64,000 bases of DNA from Candidatus Bathyarchaeia archaeon (GCA_038883775.1 JAVZLM010000008.1:62618-126617); one strand, 5' to 3'; counted from the stretch's first letter, positions 27,562-38,162 are shown. Notes: generated by a model from the sequence alone, not told the origin. Program-made: numbers and translations.

Positions 27562-28842
27562 TTATTCAATGTGAACCTTTTTACCAGCAAAATCCAAAAT
27601 GTTCTTCTCTATTTGATTTTTGTGACTCTGAATTTTTTCCATTGCGGCATTAATTGTTTGTTCTAGAACGCTTTCTTCAGATTCTAAAGCTCGCTTTTTC
27701 TGCTCAAGCCTATCAAGATTTTCTTGAAGCTTTACCAAGCCACTTCTAGTTTCGGCTACTTCCGCAGATGCAGAAAGCTGCCTTTTCTGAAGAACAATAT
27801 CCATACATTTTTGGTGCAAATCCATTAGAGAATTCTTGTTAAGAATGTTGTTTATGGCTTGCTCAGCCTTTCGCATCTTATCCGGTTTCAGCTTAAGCTT
27901 ACCACCAGCCATTGCTTGGGCTAACTTTTGGAGAATTTGCCTCAAAAGTGGATAGCCAGCCTCTTCTGTGGAAAAAGCTTCCATTGGATTTTCCAGATAT
28001 TGATTTAGTTTGTTAACTTCTTCTGGGGTTAAACCGCTCTCTTCACCATGAAGCGCTAAGGATTGAAGTTTTATGAAGGGCTTTTGAAGATGCTGCAAAT
28101 CCCGCTTTAATTCACTGTTAAGGGCTTCTATTTCCAAATCTAATTGGCTTAGCTGACTTATTCCTCCTTTGCTCTTTAATTCAGCCATTCTTTTTTGAGT
28201 TTCAGAAATTTCCTCCTCAACCGAAGCCTTTTCAGCCTCTACATTTTTCTTCTGGTCACCTAATTTTACAAGTTCTTTTTCCAAAGCTTGGAGTTTTTCA
28301 ATAAGCTGGAAAGTTTCCTCCAAGGTTTTGGTTTTAACATACTCCTTTGTTAGGAAATCGTTAAGTTCCTTAAGCGACGCTTTCGCCCTCTCAAAGACCG
28401 TTAGGAATTTTCTTCTGTCAAGAATAAAGAAGGGTGAAATTCTCGGAAACCAGTTTCTAATATCAACTTCTGTCACCAAAAACGCCCTTTGAGTTTCTTG
28501 AACAAAATCGCGAATACCATCATAAGAAACCTTCTCTGGAACTTCAATCTGCCGCATTCTATCCAGAAACAAACGCGAAAGCTTGTTTAGGGCTCTGGCT
28601 CTCCCATAAGTTTTCATATTCCTTTTCTCAATCTCTTTACTACTATTATCTAGGAGCATCTTGCTCGAATCCGCAAGGCTTTCAATGGATTTACGCATTT
28701 CATCAAGCAGTTTTTGAGCCTTAGCATGGACGGGAACAAAAATTGAGCCTGTCTCCTTTTCAAGCCAACCCCTAACTTCGCTGGAGGAGAATTTTAAAGC
28801 GTCAGACACGGAGTTTCCCAATAGAAGATACTCATAAGCCAT
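27562..28842 (-). CDS. Long coiled-coil protein of unknown function
   Basis: 426 aa, E/K/L/Q-rich heptads; 8 bp upstream of the phosphatase. Confidence 0.8.
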   Translation of the reverse strand: MAYEYLLLGNSVSDALKFSSSEVRGWLEKETGSIFVPVHAKAQKLLDEMRKSIESLADSSKMLLDNSSKEIEKRNMKTYGRARALNKLSRLFLDRMRQIEVPEKVSYDGIRDFVQETQRAFLVTEVDIRNWFPRISPFFILDRRKFLTVFERAKASLKELNDFLTKEYVKTKTLEETFQLIEKLQALEKELVKLGDQKKNVEAEKASVEEEISETQKRMAELKSKGGISQLSQLDLEIEALNSELKRDLQHLQKPFIKLQSLALHGEESGLTPEEVNKLNQYLENPMEAFSTEEAGYPLLRQILQKLAQAMAGGKLKLKPDKMRKAEQAINNILNKNSLMDLHQKCMDIVLQKRQLSASAEVAETRSGLVKLQENLDRLEQKKRALESEESVLEQTINAAMEKIQSHKNQIEKNILDFAGKKVHIE

Positions 28843-28900
28843 ATTTATTTTTCGAAAACTGACACTCTTTTTTGAGTAGAAACTTATATATGAGTAACAA

Positions 28901-29566
28901 ATGAATGCAATACCGCTGGTGAAATGGGTGAGTTATGCAAAAAATGCAAGACAAATAGTTTTCGTCGCAATGATGGCAGCACTTGGAAATGTCATGTTCA
29001 TTATATCTCAGACAATTTTTAAAACAACCCAAATAGCACTAGACCTTTCCCACATTGGAACTTTGATTGCCGCTGTTTATGGCGGTCCATGGATAGGACT
29101 ATTAACAGGTTTAATTGTAGGAATAGGTCCAGGTTTATACTTTGGATATTTGGGGGGAAGCTTGGGTTTGCTTGGAGTTATAGGTTTGCCGCTCGGAAAG
29201 GCTTTAACTGGTTTAACGGTAGGCTATTTAACGCGATTTTTAAAGTCAGCTTGTGTGAAATATCCATCTTGGAAGGTAACTTTTGCAACTTTGGTGGGTT
29301 ATCTACCTGAATGCATATTTACGTTGTTTTACTTTGAGGGCTTAGTGGTTATTTTGCTTCCAGAGGTCGCCGCAAATTTCATTATGTGGTTTGGTTCAAT
29401 GCATGCTCTTGTGCTTTCGATATTGGCAAAGGCTTGGGTTGAGATGATTCTTCTCGGGGTTTTCATGGGTGCCCTTGTCGGAAACAATGGTTTTAACGAT
29501 TTTGTGAACAAAGTCTTCACAAACCAGTCGTTATTACAGAAACTTGAAACAAACAAAAATAGTTAA
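28901..29566 (+). CDS. ECF transporter S component-like membrane protein
   Basis: AMMAAL...YGGPWIG pattern, about six TM segments. Confidence 0.75.
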   Translation: MNAIPLVKWVSYAKNARQIVFVAMMAALGNVMFIISQTIFKTTQIALDLSHIGTLIAAVYGGPWIGLLTGLIVGIGPGLYFGYLGGSLGLLGVIGLPLGKALTGLTVGYLTRFLKSACVKYPSWKVTFATLVGYLPECIFTLFYFEGLVVILLPEVAANFIMWFGSMHALVLSILAKAWVEMILLGVFMGALVGNNGFNDFVNKVFTNQSLLQKLETNKNS

Positions 29567-30525
29567 AAACCTAAAGATTTCGCCAGTATTTCAATGTTAA
29601 TTTCTCCAGCTTTAAATGAGCTGCCAGTTTTCACATTATTGATTGTTATGACTGCTGGTGCGAAGAGGTTTGGGTCTATTTTGTAAAAGTCATAGTTTGC
29701 TTCTTTGAAAATTTCTATGAAGGGTTTGCCATAATTTTTAGACGCCTTAGACGGCGCCTTCTCCACAATTTTTTTCAACGCTTCTTCATCTTCATGTTCA
29801 ACTATGAAGTAGGTGATTCCGCCGTAGAGGATTGCATCGTTTGTTCTTGCCATTGCCCTTGTGAATTTCGGATGGATTGGTGGGATTGGGGCGCATCCGC
29901 AAGCGTACAATATTGTTTTTGGGTTTAATCCTAACTTTCTGAGTTTGTGGATTCCGGTCTCAACTATTCTCCCCGAAACTTGTATGGCACCACTTATGCT
30001 GGCTGTAGGCGTCAAAATCACAGCCAAATTTTCAAGTGAAATTTTGCAATCTTTCGCGAATCTTTCTAAGAGTTTTTCTGGTGGTGGCTTATCTGTTTCT
30101 AGAACTATGATTCCCTTGTCAAAATCATCCTTATACCCAATTTCTTCGTATATCTCCTTAGGCTTTAGGGCTAAGGCTCTTGCTGGTCCGGAGCCTATTG
30201 CAAAGTAATCGCCTTCCTTTATTTGCCAACCCGCATATTGCGAACCTAAAGTTGCAATGGTTGGATGGTCTGTATAAACGAAAATTGACGGAAACTCCAG
30301 ATCACCATATTGCTTATTGATTATTTCAGTTTTTCCGCAACCTCCCATGCAAATTTCCGTTATGAGTTTTCCAGCTTGAAATCCTCCATTGGCTTTTACT
30401 CCAGCATCAACAATTGTTGCGCCAGAACTTGCTTTTTCCACTTTTACGCCATAAAATTCTGCGTTATTGCAGAGTTTTTCCAAGATTTTCCATGCCAAAC
30501 GGTTAACACTTAAATTTTTTTCCAT
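29563..30525 (-). CDS. mch: Methenyltetrahydromethanopterin cyclohydrolase
   Basis: LGSQYAGW, GSGPARAL, RIVETG, NDAILYGG, FYKIDPNLFAPA. Confidence 0.95.
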   Translation of the reverse strand: MEKNLSVNRLAWKILEKLCNNAEFYGVKVEKASSGATIVDAGVKANGGFQAGKLITEICMGGCGKTEIINKQYGDLEFPSIFVYTDHPTIATLGSQYAGWQIKEGDYFAIGSGPARALALKPKEIYEEIGYKDDFDKGIIVLETDKPPPEKLLERFAKDCKISLENLAVILTPTASISGAIQVSGRIVETGIHKLRKLGLNPKTILYACGCAPIPPIHPKFTRAMARTNDAILYGGITYFIVEHEDEEALKKIVEKAPSKASKNYGKPFIEIFKEANYDFYKIDPNLFAPAVITINNVKTGSSFKAGEINIEILAKSLGF

Positions 30526-30537
30526 AATTTTTCTCCT

Positions 30538-31362
30538 TTAAAGAAGTCTTTCATAGTGGCTTAAGTGGGGATTCTTTTCTTTGGAAACATAAAGTTTGCC
30601 TTCGCCATTTTCAACGAGGTCTCCGAGGAATAGGTAGAAGGGTCCGGTAACTGTTTCGCCTTCCTCAATTTTCACTTTTTCCTTTATACTGTCAATTGTA
30701 AAGGTTGGAAGAACAGATTCTAAAGAGCCTCCAACAACTATTTTTCCGCCCTTCATGCAGGCTCCAACCCTTCCACTAGAATCTTTTTCAACAAGTATTG
30801 TTCCATCCCGCATGCGCAAACCCACGAATTGACCAGCATTCCCATAAATTTTTATTAACCCATTCTTCATGTAAGCGCCAGCCTCATTCCCGACATTTCC
30901 GTATACAACGATTTTGCCGTCACGCACGCCTTCGCTGCTTCCACGGTAAGGAGCACCTAAATAGTCGCTGGCATTTCCATGAATTTCGATGGTTCCGCCT
31001 TTCATCATTGAGCCAGCCCATCCGCCAACATTTCCGTAAACGGTTATTTTTCCGCCTTTCATTTCTTCGCCTAAATGCATGCCAACATCGCCGTGGATTA
31101 TGATTTCGCCGCTTTTCATGCTTGCGCCTATTCGTCTAACTTTGCTTATGTTGCCGTTTATGGTTATGACTTCCTTTTCCTGCGGGTTTTCTGTTCTGGT
31201 TTCTTCAACCTTGAAGAGTTCTTTAAGCGTTTTTTGTTTGTTTCCTTCCCAGATTTTTAGCTCCTCAATTTCTTTGATTGCCTTGCCATGGAAAACGTCT
31301 GGGTTTACGCATTCGGCAATTATTGGAAATTGGAAATCCTTTTTTGGAGTTAGGGTTATCAT
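30538..31362 (-). CDS. fwdC: Formylmethanofuran dehydrogenase subunit C
   Basis: Repeated G-x-x-M-x-x-G-x-I-x-(I/V)-x-G beta-helix. Confidence 0.93.
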   Translation of the reverse strand: MITLTPKKDFQFPIIAECVNPDVFHGKAIKEIEELKIWEGNKQKTLKELFKVEETRTENPQEKEVITINGNISKVRRIGASMKSGEIIIHGDVGMHLGEEMKGGKITVYGNVGGWAGSMMKGGTIEIHGNASDYLGAPYRGSSEGVRDGKIVVYGNVGNEAGAYMKNGLIKIYGNAGQFVGLRMRDGTILVEKDSSGRVGACMKGGKIVVGGSLESVLPTFTIDSIKEKVKIEEGETVTGPFYLFLGDLVENGEGKLYVSKEKNPHLSHYERLL

Positions 31363-31363
31363 T

Positions 31364-33055
31364 TTAAACCTTTGCCTCTGCATTTATTGGCTGCGAAATT
31401 TCAAGATAGTCTTCTGTTACCGGATAATTTTCACATTCAACAGTCCAATACTCTCTAAATCTTCGCCGCATATCCTCACTTATCTTTGCTGGTTCGGAAA
31501 CTTTGACGTCAAGCCACATGGTGGCACCATCCAAATGTTTCACAATTTCCCCATTTTTGGCAACAATTTTTCCACTTTTAATCGTGTAAGCAGCCCTCTT
31601 GAAGGCTTTCCTCACAATCCGATACTTCCTTGAAGGGTCAATTGTTTCGGGGTTTAGGTTGTATATGGCTATGTCCGCATCTGCCCCCACGCCCAAGTGT
31701 CCCTTATTTTTTAGCCCTAAGGCTCTTGCTTGTCCAGCCCGCGTCATTATGGCAATTTCCTTAAAAGTTAATTCTCGGTGTATGGATGGGAGAAGGCTTC
31801 TACTTCCTGCTCTTGGATTAATCTTTTTTAGGGTTGCTTCTCTGGCTTTTCTGCTCATAAGCCATGCAATAATTCTTGGATAAGCCGTGAAGGGGCCGCC
31901 GTTTGGGTGGTCTGTGGTTAAGAAAATTTTCCATGGGTCTTTTATTAGGAGGGCTAGTTCTAAGCCTATGGACCATTGGATGGCGTGGACATAGCTTTTT
32001 CGGCGGTAGTGGAAGGGCACTATGCCAGCGCTTGTTTCTGTTTCCACATCATGATTAACCCATTTGTTTCCGCTTAACTCGTAAAGCGTATACTGGAAGG
32101 GACCGTCAGCCGTCATGGTTGTCGTGTCTGTAAAAATAACTTGTCCCATATCCAAAGTGACATGAGAATGAGCATTGACATAATTGGCAATTTCCTCCGC
32201 CCCCGATTCTAGCGTTCTCCAATCACTGCCCTTGAAGGCTGAAAACTGGCAGTGCGTTATGTGAATTGCAGGCTTATTTTCAGTGGCTAAATCCTCAACA
32301 CATTTCATGGTTTCCAAAGCCGTTAGATAGTTTCCAGGCTTTCCAAGATTGTTTGTGTGAACGTGAATTGTGTGGGGCAAATTTAGAAGTCTATTCACTT
32401 TGCAGAGCCCACGAAGGATTTCGCGAGGTGTTATGCAGAAATATGGGATTTGGTCGTCGAGGCTTTTGACGTTGCTGCCGAAACCCCAAGCTTCTAGACC
32501 GCCTGGATTAACAATTTTTATGGCATAGCCCTTCGTTGAAGTTATTATCCAAGCCACATGTTTTGCGCACTCCTCAATTTTTCCAGCGCTTAAATATTCA
32601 AGCACAAACCACCAGTCGCCCAACAGTGGATAACTAGCCTTATCTACCAGTGGCGTGTCGCTTAACTCTTCATGCGTATGTTTAGCCTCAAGCGGAGGCA
32701 TTGAAGGATTCATTATCGTTGTATAGCCCATTCGTGCATAACGATAACCAGTGGTGAATGTTGATGGAATCGAATAGCCAACCCCAGACCTTGTTACGGC
32801 TGTTTTAGGCTCAAAATCCCTAAAATGATCTTCTGGTCTTAAGAGCCTACCACTGTTCACTTCGGAACCAGCAATGTGACAGTGAATGTCCACGCCGCCT
32901 GACATAACCATCATACCGGAAGCGTCTATTTTTCTTGCTTTGCGCTCGTTAACCTTTTCAACAATTTTTCCATTCTTGACGGGTATGTCCATTTTTTCGC
33001 CGTCAACGCCATTAATGGGGTCGTAAACAAAGCCATTCCTTATTAAAAGCTCCAT
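31364..33055 (-). CDS. fwdA: Formylmethanofuran dehydrogenase subunit A
   Basis: DIHCHIAG, YARMGYTT, HVHTNNLG, TTDHPNGGP. Confidence 0.95.
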   Translation of the reverse strand: MELLIRNGFVYDPINGVDGEKMDIPVKNGKIVEKVNERKARKIDASGMMVMSGGVDIHCHIAGSEVNSGRLLRPEDHFRDFEPKTAVTRSGVGYSIPSTFTTGYRYARMGYTTIMNPSMPPLEAKHTHEELSDTPLVDKASYPLLGDWWFVLEYLSAGKIEECAKHVAWIITSTKGYAIKIVNPGGLEAWGFGSNVKSLDDQIPYFCITPREILRGLCKVNRLLNLPHTIHVHTNNLGKPGNYLTALETMKCVEDLATENKPAIHITHCQFSAFKGSDWRTLESGAEEIANYVNAHSHVTLDMGQVIFTDTTTMTADGPFQYTLYELSGNKWVNHDVETETSAGIVPFHYRRKSYVHAIQWSIGLELALLIKDPWKIFLTTDHPNGGPFTAYPRIIAWLMSRKAREATLKKINPRAGSRSLLPSIHRELTFKEIAIMTRAGQARALGLKNKGHLGVGADADIAIYNLNPETIDPSRKYRIVRKAFKRAAYTIKSGKIVAKNGEIVKHLDGATMWLDVKVSEPAKISEDMRRRFREYWTVECENYPVTEDYLEISQPINAEAKV

Positions 33056-34510
33056 TTAGGATGCCTCCGCCCTTCTCTTCTTTATTCTCCTAACTTCTGC
33101 AAGGATTCTCCTCAAAATTTCCTCGTCTGAAAGTACTCCCCTAGGCGGGTCAACAACCTTCTTAAGCGGAAGCGGAACATGATCCATACGATAGGCTGTT
33201 CCGCCAGCCTCGATGCCAACAAAAGCCGAAGGCAAAACAACATCAGCCATTTGGGCTGTTACGTTCATGTGAGGGTCTATAACTATCAAGGGATTCTTGA
33301 CTAAGTGTTCGGCCGCTGCCTTTGGAAAGTTTGCAACAGGGTCTGAAGCTATTATTAGGGCTGCGTCTGATTCTTTACGCAAGAGAACGTCAACCACGGA
33401 TGTCTCGCCAGGATTGTAGCGAGGATAGCCCAGTGAAAAGTCCACTGCGTATGGGTAGCCAGTTTGCCACGTGAAGACTGTGTTGGCGCCTGTAACGTTG
33501 AAGTGGCCCCTCATTGGCATTATCACAAATTTTGTCCGCATGTTCAAGTCCCGAACTAGAGAGAGAGCGGCGTCAATGTTTCTCAATTTGCCACTGCTCA
33601 TTGTTAATCCAAGCCCAAAAAATAACACTCCAAAATCGCACCTAATCATTAAGTCGGCAACTTCTTCCAAATACTCCACTGGAACTCCAGCAACGGTGTC
33701 AACATCAATTTCTTGGTCTCGAATTAAAGCCCTAAAGGCTTGGAGAAGCTCATAATCCTTGTTTGGCTCGACTTGGATGAAGTAGTCGGCGATTTCTGCA
33801 GACTTTGTCTTTCTAACGTCAATAACTATGAGTTTTCTGTCCTCTTTCTGAAGTGTTGAAGGAGGCTTATTCCTAAGGTGTGACGGAACGGAAGACTTTC
33901 CCTTAAAAAACACTCTCCTAATTGCGCTTTCAATTTTCTTCCTAACAGTGGATGCTTTAATCTTGTTTAAGTAGCCTCTCCAAGCACTTTTCTCAAAGCG
34001 CCCCTCAGAAAAGGCTGTATACCTTTCTATGTGGCGTGGATGAGCACTCCAAGGATTGCTGCCCCAGTAAACGACAAGGTCTGCCCTATGCCTAATCTGC
34101 CCCAAAGTGCATGAAGGAATCCCAACCTCTTGAATGCTCAAAATTGACGGCCCATGGCAAACTACTGAAGTATTATCAATTACTCCTCCAATTTCTTCGG
34201 CTAATTCTAAGCCTAAGCTTATGGCTTCGCAGCTTGTTGAACTCCAACCATACAAGATGGGATAGTTGGCGTCAGCCAAAATTTCCGCAGTCCTTCCAAT
34301 AGCGTCTTTCCATGAAGTTTTGACGAGTTCACCATTCTTTCTTATGAAGGGCTTTAGAAGTCTATGCTCGCTGTTGTAGCCAAGAAACTTTGATTCACAC
34401 ATGGCACAGCCATTTTTGACCTTAACTATCCTTCCATCCTCAACCGTTAATTCTATGTCATCGCATAAGCTTCCACATATAGGGCATGTCACAGCCTTAA
34501 CAACAGTCAT
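33056..34510 (-). CDS. fwdB: Formylmethanofuran dehydrogenase subunit B
   Basis: CPICGSLCDD, catalytic VCHGP (Cys form), AHPRH, MRGHFNV. Confidence 0.95.
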   Translation of the reverse strand: MTVVKAVTCPICGSLCDDIELTVEDGRIVKVKNGCAMCESKFLGYNSEHRLLKPFIRKNGELVKTSWKDAIGRTAEILADANYPILYGWSSTSCEAISLGLELAEEIGGVIDNTSVVCHGPSILSIQEVGIPSCTLGQIRHRADLVVYWGSNPWSAHPRHIERYTAFSEGRFEKSAWRGYLNKIKASTVRKKIESAIRRVFFKGKSSVPSHLRNKPPSTLQKEDRKLIVIDVRKTKSAEIADYFIQVEPNKDYELLQAFRALIRDQEIDVDTVAGVPVEYLEEVADLMIRCDFGVLFFGLGLTMSSGKLRNIDAALSLVRDLNMRTKFVIMPMRGHFNVTGANTVFTWQTGYPYAVDFSLGYPRYNPGETSVVDVLLRKESDAALIIASDPVANFPKAAAEHLVKNPLIVIDPHMNVTAQMADVVLPSAFVGIEAGGTAYRMDHVPLPLKKVVDPPRGVLSDEEILRRILAEVRRIKKRRAEAS

Positions 34511-34917
34511 TTAGATTCCTTCCCAAACTCTATCCTAAGAAGCTCTTTTAAACCTAAGATTGGCTTGTCTGGTGCAGGTTGGACTTCGGCTGGAATTCCC
34601 TTGAAAGATGGCATTCCAATGCCATGAGTTTCAGGATTAACTATAACATTTGCCCATGGACCATAAGGAATAAAAATCACGCCTGAATGGGGAGCCCTAA
34701 GAGACTTCAAAGCTTTAACAACAACAGAACCATAATCCGTTGAAATTATAACGTTAGTCTTCTCCTTTATGCCAAGGCTCTTCAAATCTTGAGGGTCCAT
34801 GTAGCAGACGGAAACGCTTTCTACATACTCCCTTGAGGATTTTCCACGTTCCTTTCCGACACCTTGCTCTATTGTTCTTCCAGTAAGCAATGTCACACGC
34901 AGTTTTGGCTTATCCAT
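34507..34917 (-). CDS. fwdD: Formylmethanofuran dehydrogenase subunit D
   Basis: LLTGRTIEQG, FIPYGPWAN, GMPSFKG. Confidence 0.92.
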   Translation of the reverse strand: MDKPKLRVTLLTGRTIEQGVGKERGKSSREYVESVSVCYMDPQDLKSLGIKEKTNVIISTDYGSVVVKALKSLRAPHSGVIFIPYGPWANVIVNPETHGIGMPSFKGIPAEVQPAPDKPILGLKELLRIEFGKESK

Positions 34918-35051
34918 GTTTAACACACATTGGGAAGGTAAATTGTGCGACAATTATTTAATTAACTTTTATCTTCTTGCCTTAATAATTGGAAAGGCTT
35001 TTAAGTCAAGGATTATAGTGAAAAGGTGCTTTAAATTTGAATTAAGGTTGA

Positions 35052-36005
35052 ATGATGTTGGTTAAGGAAGTAGTCATAGAGGTTAAAGGTTTAATAAAAC
35101 ATTACGGTGAAGTTAAAGCTCTCGACGATGTTTCCTTCACTGTTGAAAGAGGCGAAATTTTTGGGCTTTTAGGTCCAAATGGAGCTGGAAAAACTACTTT
35201 GATTGAGATACTTTGTGGTTTGAGAAGGTTTGATAAGGGAGAAGTAACGGTTCTTGGTTTGGATTTGGCTAAAGAAGCCTATAAAATTCGCAGTTTAATT
35301 GGATTTTCTCCGCAAGAAACCCTTCTCTATGATTTATTAAGTGTATATGAAAATCTTAGTTTTACAGCTTCTCTTTATTCGCTATCTTCAAAAAGGTTCA
35401 AGGAAAGGGTGGAGTTTCTCTCAAAGGTTTTGGGCATAGGCGAGTTTATGAAAAAGAAAGCAAAGGAACTTTCAGGAGGAATGAAAAGAAGAGCAAACTT
35501 AGCAGCTTCAATAATTCATGACCCACCTATGGTTATTTTAGACGAGCCAACAGTTGGCTTTGACCCTAACGTGAAGAGAGAGTTTTGGGAAACAATAAAA
35601 ATGCTTAAGCGTGATGGAAAAACCGTGCTGCTTTCAACCCATGACATGTATGAGGCTGATGAGCTCTGCGACAGAGTCGCCATAATAGATAACGGAAAAA
35701 TAGTAGCCATAGACAAGCCGCAAATTCTTAAGGAAAAAGTGGGCGGAAAAGCATCTATACTAATAAGAGTAAAAGAGCCCCAAACAGAAAAGGCATTAAA
35801 ACTGCTAAAGCCATACGGTTACACTTTCAAAGATGGCGAAATACAAATTTTCACTGTTGACCCATGGAAAATTATGCCAGAAATATCAAACATGCTCCTT
35901 TCCAACAAGGTTTTAACGGAGAAAATTGAGGTTTTGGAACCAACGTTAGAGGATGTTTTCGTAAGGTTGACTGGAAGAAAACTTTTGGAGGAAGAATCCA
36001 AATGA
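35052..36005 (+). CDS. ABC-2 type exporter ATP-binding protein
   Basis: GPNGAGKT, LSGGM, ILDEPT. Confidence 0.93.
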   Translation: MMLVKEVVIEVKGLIKHYGEVKALDDVSFTVERGEIFGLLGPNGAGKTTLIEILCGLRRFDKGEVTVLGLDLAKEAYKIRSLIGFSPQETLLYDLLSVYENLSFTASLYSLSSKRFKERVEFLSKVLGIGEFMKKKAKELSGGMKRRANLAASIIHDPPMVILDEPTVGFDPNVKREFWETIKMLKRDGKTVLLSTHDMYEADELCDRVAIIDNGKIVAIDKPQILKEKVGGKASILIRVKEPQTEKALKLLKPYGYTFKDGEIQIFTVDPWKIMPEISNMLLSNKVLTEKIEVLEPTLEDVFVRLTGRKLLEEESK

Positions 36006-37117
36006 ACCCAATAATTGGCGTAGCCATAAAAGACATTCGCACATTTTACAGAGAAAAAGGGACACTTTTCTGGACGATAGCCTTTCCAGTGCTCGTGATG
36101 CTCTTATTCTCCGCCATATTCGGAAGGGAAGTACCATTCACAGCAAATATAGGCGTTGTCAACCAAGACTCTTCTAACGTGTATGGAATAGCCACAAATA
36201 TCATTGCAGGGCTTAACCAAACAGAAGTTTTCAATGTAAAAACCTTTGAAAATAAAACCGACGCATTAAAGGCTTTAAATGCCACAGAAATTCGTGCTGC
36301 CATCACAATTCCAGAAGACTTTTCAATAAACATTACAACTGGAAAACCAGCGCATGTTTTATTGGCTGTTGATGAAACTAATCCAGACGTGGCTCGAATT
36401 GTTAGGGATATAATCAAAACCTTCTTCACCGAATTTTACAAACAATTGAATACAAACTTTAGTGAACCCATATCTGTGGTTGAAGAAGTATCACTAACGC
36501 GTGAGAAAGTTGGCTACAAAGAGTATATTCTTCCAGGCATGTTATGTTATCCGCTTTTGTTCTCCAGCATGGTTGTTTCCACAGGCGCAATAGTTTACGA
36601 AAGGGAAAGGGGAACACTTAAACGTATTAGGGCTTCGCCCATACACCCGTTAAATATGCTTTTTGGCAAGACCATTGCTGCACTTTTCCAAACAGCCATA
36701 ACAATCCTAATAATAGCTGCTTTAGGCTTTTTAGTGCTTAATCCAAAAGTAAACTGGAACATTCCACTATTAACGCTAATACTGTTTTTGGGTTCAATGA
36801 GTGGCATAGCAATAGGCTTACTAATCTCATGTATTGGAAGGTCTCCACAAGAAGCTTCGGGAGCAGCCACAACAATAGGCATAGTGCTTCAATGGTTCAC
36901 TGGAATGTACTTCCCACTAGAATACCTTCCAGAATATCTTCAACAAGTGGGCAGAATTGTACCGATGACCTATGCAGCCCAAGCCATAAGAGACGTAATG
37001 ATTCGGAATGTGACGTTAAATGATTTGCTTCAGCCAATAATAACGCTTGCAACCTCAGCAACAATACTATATATTGTTGGAATTTTCCTATACAAGAAAT
37101 GGGTTGAAAAAGAATAA
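36002..37117 (+). CDS. ABC-2 type exporter permease
   Basis: ERERGTL motif, 1+5 TM layout; overlaps the ATPase stop. Confidence 0.9.
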   Translation: MNPIIGVAIKDIRTFYREKGTLFWTIAFPVLVMLLFSAIFGREVPFTANIGVVNQDSSNVYGIATNIIAGLNQTEVFNVKTFENKTDALKALNATEIRAAITIPEDFSINITTGKPAHVLLAVDETNPDVARIVRDIIKTFFTEFYKQLNTNFSEPISVVEEVSLTREKVGYKEYILPGMLCYPLLFSSMVVSTGAIVYERERGTLKRIRASPIHPLNMLFGKTIAALFQTAITILIIAALGFLVLNPKVNWNIPLLTLILFLGSMSGIAIGLLISCIGRSPQEASGAATTIGIVLQWFTGMYFPLEYLPEYLQQVGRIVPMTYAAQAIRDVMIRNVTLNDLLQPIITLATSATILYIVGIFLYKKWVEKE

Positions 37118-37151
37118 AGCTTAAAAAGGCAATGTAATTAATTACACTGCT

Positions 37152-37940
37152 GTGTTGAAAATGAAACTCTCATCTAGACAGGTAGCCTTAACCGCCATCT
37201 TTGCAGCCCTATACGCAATAATCTCAAGACTTCCAGGAATACCCATAATTGGAGCACCCACCAAGATCGAACTGATTGTAATTTTAGATCCTATTGTTGG
37301 AATTTTGCTTGGACCCTGGATTGGCGGGTTAACCTCTCTTTTAGGCAACTTTGTGGCGTGGATAATTCCATCAACAACCTTTTATGGCCTGCTAAATCTT
37401 CCATGTGGACCCATAGCAGCCATCGTGAGTGGAAACTTGGCGAGAAACGCTAAAAATGCTAACTGGAAATTTGCGGCAGTAATATATGCTGTAGTCATAG
37501 GAATTTGGTATTTAACTCCTCCAGGGCAGGAAGTATTTTATTATCCGTTTCTTCATCTGACAGCTTTTGCTCTCATACTGATTTTCAGAGAAAAAATTCA
37601 CAATCTCTTAAATGCAGAGGCAAATCTGAAAAAGATTTTGGGTTCAATAGTGTGCTGTTTTGGAGGCATAATGGCAAATCATATGGTTGGAAATTTAATA
37701 TTTATTGGTTCAGTTGGATGGTATATTTCACTTAAGGATGTAAAAAATGCTTTAAACAATCTTGGATTTTTCTGGTTAAAATCTGGTTTGCCTCAACCAA
37801 AAGATCCGCTTGGAGCAATTTTCGCCACAATACTGCCAATAACAGTCGTTGAAAGATTAGTGATGACGGTTGTTACAGTCTACATTGTTTATGGACTTAT
37901 ATTTGCTTTAAGAAAAAGTGGTATGGTAAAGCTGGGATAA
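37152..37940 (+). CDS. ECF transporter S component-like membrane protein
   Basis: AIFAALY...GILLGPWIG pattern. Confidence 0.75.
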   Translation: MLKMKLSSRQVALTAIFAALYAIISRLPGIPIIGAPTKIELIVILDPIVGILLGPWIGGLTSLLGNFVAWIIPSTTFYGLLNLPCGPIAAIVSGNLARNAKNANWKFAAVIYAVVIGIWYLTPPGQEVFYYPFLHLTAFALILIFREKIHNLLNAEANLKKILGSIVCCFGGIMANHMVGNLIFIGSVGWYISLKDVKNALNNLGFFWLKSGLPQPKDPLGAIFATILPITVVERLVMTVVTVYIVYGLIFALRKSGMVKLG

Positions 37941-37942
37941 GA

Positions 37943-38158
37943 ATGAATGATAAAGCCTCTCGCATACTTTATTTTATGCTTTTTATTTTAGGCTGGATTG
38001 GAATATTTTGGACGGTGTATGCCTTTTTTCTAAACGCTTACAATGGCACCATGGAAATTATTACCGAAAACCCCTCGTTCTATACATTGCTCTGCGTTTC
38101 GCTAATAAGCATAGCTACAGCATTCATACTTGAAAAAACTGTTCAAACGAAACAGTGA
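37943..38158 (+). CDS. Small two-TM membrane protein
   Basis: 71 aa, starts 2 bp after the preceding gene. Confidence 0.6.
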   Translation: MNDKASRILYFMLFILGWIGIFWTVYAFFLNAYNGTMEIITENPSFYTLLCVSLISIATAFILEKTVQTKQ

Positions 38159-38162
38159 CATC

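Noticed and set aside
27562-28842. Rad50/SbcC-Mre11 pair (coiled coil plus metallophosphoesterase)
   Set aside because: The coiled-coil protein lacks Walker motifs and a zinc hook, and the partner has PPP phosphatase rather than Mre11 motifs.
34140-34170. Selenocysteine recoding in fwdB
   Set aside because: The catalytic position is an ordinary Cys codon (VCHGP) with no in-frame TGA.
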